Positions 61,076 to 64,000 of a DNA stretch of 64,000 nt are shown piece after piece. Position 1 is the first letter of the stretch, and the number at the start of each line of letters is the position of its first letter. The notes below the pieces were generated by a model, which made no database searches, was not told the origin of the DNA, and worked only from the letters and a program-made list of their open reading frames with translations. This DNA is from an uncultured delta proteobacterium (GTDB lineage Bacteria > Desulfobacterota > Binatia > UBA9968): assembly GCA_963727625.1 (NCBI GenBank), contig CAVSHR010000004.1, positions 1,440,001 through 1,504,000 on the forward strand. Direction: 5' to 3'. The translations under genes were made by a program, and so were the position numbers.

Positions 61076-61324
61076 GCAAACTACACAAGCCTAACGTCAG
61101 GACTCATCTCCGTTCCAGGCCCTGTTGATACGCTTCAATCAACGTTCTCGTCGCATCGTTAAATTTCAATCGGTTTCTGTGGGACACAAAGAAGCTTGAC
61201 GGTTTCCTTCTTTCGTCCGTAGAGCGGAAAAACATCCGCGATTCGCTGCAGCCGACACAGTAGATCAAATCACGGCATACTCATCACCCTGTTCCGGGAT
61301 CGGGGTATCGCTTCTCCGTGAGAA

Positions 61325-62563
61325 TTACTCCATCAGGCGCCTGACCTGCTCCCGGAGTGCCATGAGAGTCGGTGTTATCGGCGTGAACTCTTTCTCCGAG
61401 TATCGGATCGCCTCGGGCTGCTTCAAGCCGTGGCCGGTGAGGTTGCAGACAACCGATTCATCGGCAGTGATAACGCCGGAGGTGCGGAGTTTTTTTGCGG
61501 CGGCGACGGAAGTCGCGGCGGCGGGTTCGGCGAAGATGCCAGCGAGGTATCCGGTTAGAGATTGGGCTTCGAGAATTTCTTCGTCGGTGAGCGCGGTCGC
61601 TGTGCCGCCGGATTCGCGCAGCGCTGCGAGTGCCCGCCAGCCGAGCGAAGCCGGATTGCCGACTTGAATGCTTTCAGCGACCGTCTCGCGCGCGACGACG
61701 GGTTCGACTTCGGTCGATCCTTTCTCGAACGCAGCCACGATAGGCGCGGCGGCTTCGCTTTGAGCGGCGACCAGCTTAGGCGCTCGTTCGATCCAGCCGA
61801 GCGACAGGAATTCTTTATAGCCTTTCCACATGGCGTATATGCCTGTGCCGCCGGCGGTGGGATGGATCACCCAGTCGGGCATGCGCCCGTCGAGCTGATC
61901 GACCATCTCGTAAGCATAGGACTTCTTTCCTTCGTCGCGATAGGGATTGGTCGAAAGACAATCGTACCAACCGAATTCTTGAACCGCCGCTTTGTAAAGC
62001 TTCGCGACTTCGTTGTCGAAGTCGCCGTCGACCACGATCACCGTCGCGCCGTAGGCGCGGGCCTGGATGATCTTCGACGGCGCCGTTCCTTTGGGCACCA
62101 TGACGACGCTCTTGATCCCCGCCGCAGCGGAGTAGGCCGCGACGGACGCAGCCGCATTCCCTGTCGACATCACCGCAGCAGTTTGAAACCCCAACTCCTT
62201 CGCCACCGAAAGGCCGACGCTGTTGCTGCGATCCTTGAGTGAACCGGTGGGCAGCACCGTGTCGTTCTTCATATACAACTTGGCAATACCGATCCGCTCC
62301 CCGAGACGCGCCGTGTGAATCAAGGGAGTGCTTCCTTCGCCTAATGACACGATCGACGAACGATTCGCCACGGGGAAAAATTCGAACCAGCGCCAAATCG
62401 ACGTATCCCGGTCGGCGCGCATCCGCGCAAGGTCGCCGCGAGTCAGATGATCGATGGCAAGGTTAACTTCGAGAATGCTCCGGCACTGCGGGCACTGAAA
62501 AATCGTGCGCGCCTCCGGCTCGCAGCCGCACTTCGGACAGCTAAGCTTGCTTACCTTGCCCAT
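61325..62563 (-). CDS. thrC: Threonine synthase (PLP-dependent, fold type II)
   Basis: SLGEG.TPL, PTGSLKDR, STGNAAAS, AEPAAA and NLTGHGLK. Confidence 0.85.
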   Translation of the reverse strand: MGKVSKLSCPKCGCEPEARTIFQCPQCRSILEVNLAIDHLTRGDLARMRADRDTSIWRWFEFFPVANRSSIVSLGEGSTPLIHTARLGERIGIAKLYMKNDTVLPTGSLKDRSNSVGLSVAKELGFQTAAVMSTGNAAASVAAYSAAAGIKSVVMVPKGTAPSKIIQARAYGATVIVVDGDFDNEVAKLYKAAVQEFGWYDCLSTNPYRDEGKKSYAYEMVDQLDGRMPDWVIHPTAGGTGIYAMWKGYKEFLSLGWIERAPKLVAAQSEAAAPIVAAFEKGSTEVEPVVARETVAESIQVGNPASLGWRALAALRESGGTATALTDEEILEAQSLTGYLAGIFAEPAAATSVAAAKKLRTSGVITADESVVCNLTGHGLKQPEAIRYSEKEFTPITPTLMALREQVRRLME

Positions 62564-62644
62564 ATGGGATGCTCAACCACCATCGTTAGCCTCTTTGACC
62601 ACCCGCTACTCCAACACTCCATCCTTCCAACACTCCAATCCGCC

Positions 62645-63211
62645 TTAGCCCGTTCGCCGTTCCATCTCGGTTAAGGATTTTTCCAACTCCGCTTCCAGTT
62701 CGCCCACGTCGAAACCCACGGCGCGCGCGCCGTCCAGGATGGCGATGCAAATCATGATCAGGTTCAAACCCTCGCGCGGCGGCGGCTCGTCGGGATGGTC
62801 ATAAAGGTAATGATCGACCCGCTGCTTGAGCATGAGAAAGTCACGCAGGCAGACCACCGCCGGCAAATTCTCCACCGGCCCCGAGTTCACCGTCATCGGC
62901 GCAAAGGCCACACCGCCCGGATCGACCAAGGCGATCTGCGTGCCGTCCTCGAAGAGCAGAACTAAATAACGATCTCCGGTCTCCGGATGGTTCTTTTGTT
63001 CGAACGCGGTCACCTCGCCCCACGTAAGCCTCACGCTCTTCCCTGAGGCTACGTCGAGCAGCGTCGAGCGCTCGTCGTCGTAAAGAACCACCCCGGGGTG
63101 CTTGGCAATCCAGTTTTCCGCTACTGTCTTCGCTCCATCCATAAGAACTTCAAGCTCATAGTAATCCCATCGCTCCCCTTGCGCCAACCGGTTTGCGTGG
63201 AGAACGTCCAT
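62645..63211 (-). CDS. Hypothetical protein
   Basis: Coding-like ORF upstream of thrC; start possibly at about 63141. Confidence 0.7.
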   Translation of the reverse strand: MDVLHANRLAQGERWDYYELEVLMDGAKTVAENWIAKHPGVVLYDDERSTLLDVASGKSVRLTWGEVTAFEQKNHPETGDRYLVLLFEDGTQIALVDPGGVAFAPMTVNSGPVENLPAVVCLRDFLMLKQRVDHYLYDHPDEPPPREGLNLIMICIAILDGARAVGFDVGELEAELEKSLTEMERRTG

Positions 63212-63322
63212 TGATAACCGCGATTGCTATTCTCGGTCGACATAGTAACCTTGATGTTAAATTTGGCGTATGCGTACCCGGTTAAATTTACGATCTCGCC
63301 TCCAGGGCTGCCTTCGCCTCCG

Positions 63323-64000
63323 ATGAGTCCCCGCCTGCCGCGCCGGTTTTTGCTCGGTTATTGGATTTTCGTTGTCTACGGCTCGTTCATTCCGTTTGTT
63401 TTTAACCTCGATCCCAACTTCGTGCACTGGCGTCTCGATATATTTTTATTTCGATCGCTTTCTAGAGGAGTAACCCGCTGGTCGTGGTCTGATATCATCG
63501 TCAACGTCTTGCTTTATTTTCCTTTGGGTTTACTGGGCTTGGCTCGCCTGGGCCGCGCTCGCTGGTTTGCGCAATCGTTCGTCATGCCGCTGATCGTGGG
63601 CGCGATCGGACTTTGCGCCGGCCTTGCCGTCGAGCTAGGGCAAACGCTGTCTCCTTACCGCAGTCCTTCGATGCTCGACGCGTTTTGCAACGGCTTCGGA
63701 GCTCTGATTGGTGCCGCGGCAGCCAGCTTCTTGCTATGCTCCCGCGGCCGCAGTTTTGGCTCCCGCGTGGGTCGGCTGGTGCGAGCTCACCCTGCGGAAT
63801 GCGCGGCCGGGGTACTCTTGGTCGTTGCGCTTGCTGGGAGTTATTATCCATTTATTCCCGCGCCGGACGCACTTTATCTTCGGTTCAATTCGACTCGCGC
63901 CTTTGGCGCTGATCTCTGGCCCGCCACTCCTCGCGCGTGGATCGATATTGTTATTAACAAGGGCGTGATTTTCGCCGCGTTCGGTTTCGCGCGGTATCGC
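63323..64000 (+). CDS. VanZ family membrane protein, partial; runs off the window
   Basis: ATG 63323; VYGSFIPF, DIIVNVLLYFPLG, VELGQ and R.PS..D...N..GA; open to the window end. Confidence 0.8.
   Translation, partial: MSPRLPRRFLLGYWIFVVYGSFIPFVFNLDPNFVHWRLDIFLFRSLSRGVTRWSWSDIIVNVLLYFPLGLLGLARLGRARWFAQSFVMPLIVGAIGLCAGLAVELGQTLSPYRSPSMLDAFCNGFGALIGAAAASFLLCSRGRSFGSRVGRLVRAHPAECAAGVLLVVALAGSYYPFIPAPDALYLRFNSTRAFGADLWPATPRAWIDIVINKGVIFAAFGFARYR

Noticed and set aside
1-64000. tRNA, rRNA or known riboswitch genes
   Set aside because: No cloverleaf, rRNA signature or recognisable riboswitch consensus was seen by eye; an Infernal/tRNAscan run would be needed to exclude them.

Overview
GC-rich bacterial chromosomal window. 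Gene content (many orphan NMT1/TauA-type solute-binding proteins, amidohydrolases, short tandem/inverted intergenic repeats) resembles Ca. Binatota/Deltaproteobacteria; this taxonomy is inference only. Bases 1-47 kb are mostly metabolic and regulatory genes: RND/TolC efflux with an OmpR-type two-component pair, gfa, a zinc peptidase/two ATP-grasp ligase/M20 peptidase operon, an alginate-lyase-family gene, a catabolic-looking cluster (two class II aldolase-fold genes, a heme-oxygenase-like diiron protein, four 4,5-dihydroxyphthalate-decarboxylase-like paralogs), TA modules and a sigma54 two-component system. Bases 48-57 kb are a nest of mobile elements: a kinase gene split by IS630 and truncated by IS4; IS4 truncated by IS21; IS21 istA split by a second IS630 copy; istB split exactly in its Walker A codons by a 2.6-kb large serine recombinase (LSR) element. 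The most notable observation is that excising this LSR element in silico restores istB (LGPPGTGKS) and creates a dyad-symmetric attP. That attP joins an RBS+ATG at the element's right end in frame to a start-less DUF5372-like ORF at its left end, giving a 164-aa gene that would exist only on the excised circle. Bases 58-61 kb are a decaying TA array with Y1/RAYT transposase stubs and a duplicated 3' end of the adjacent threonine synthase gene. Protein family assignments are by motif recognition, not database search.
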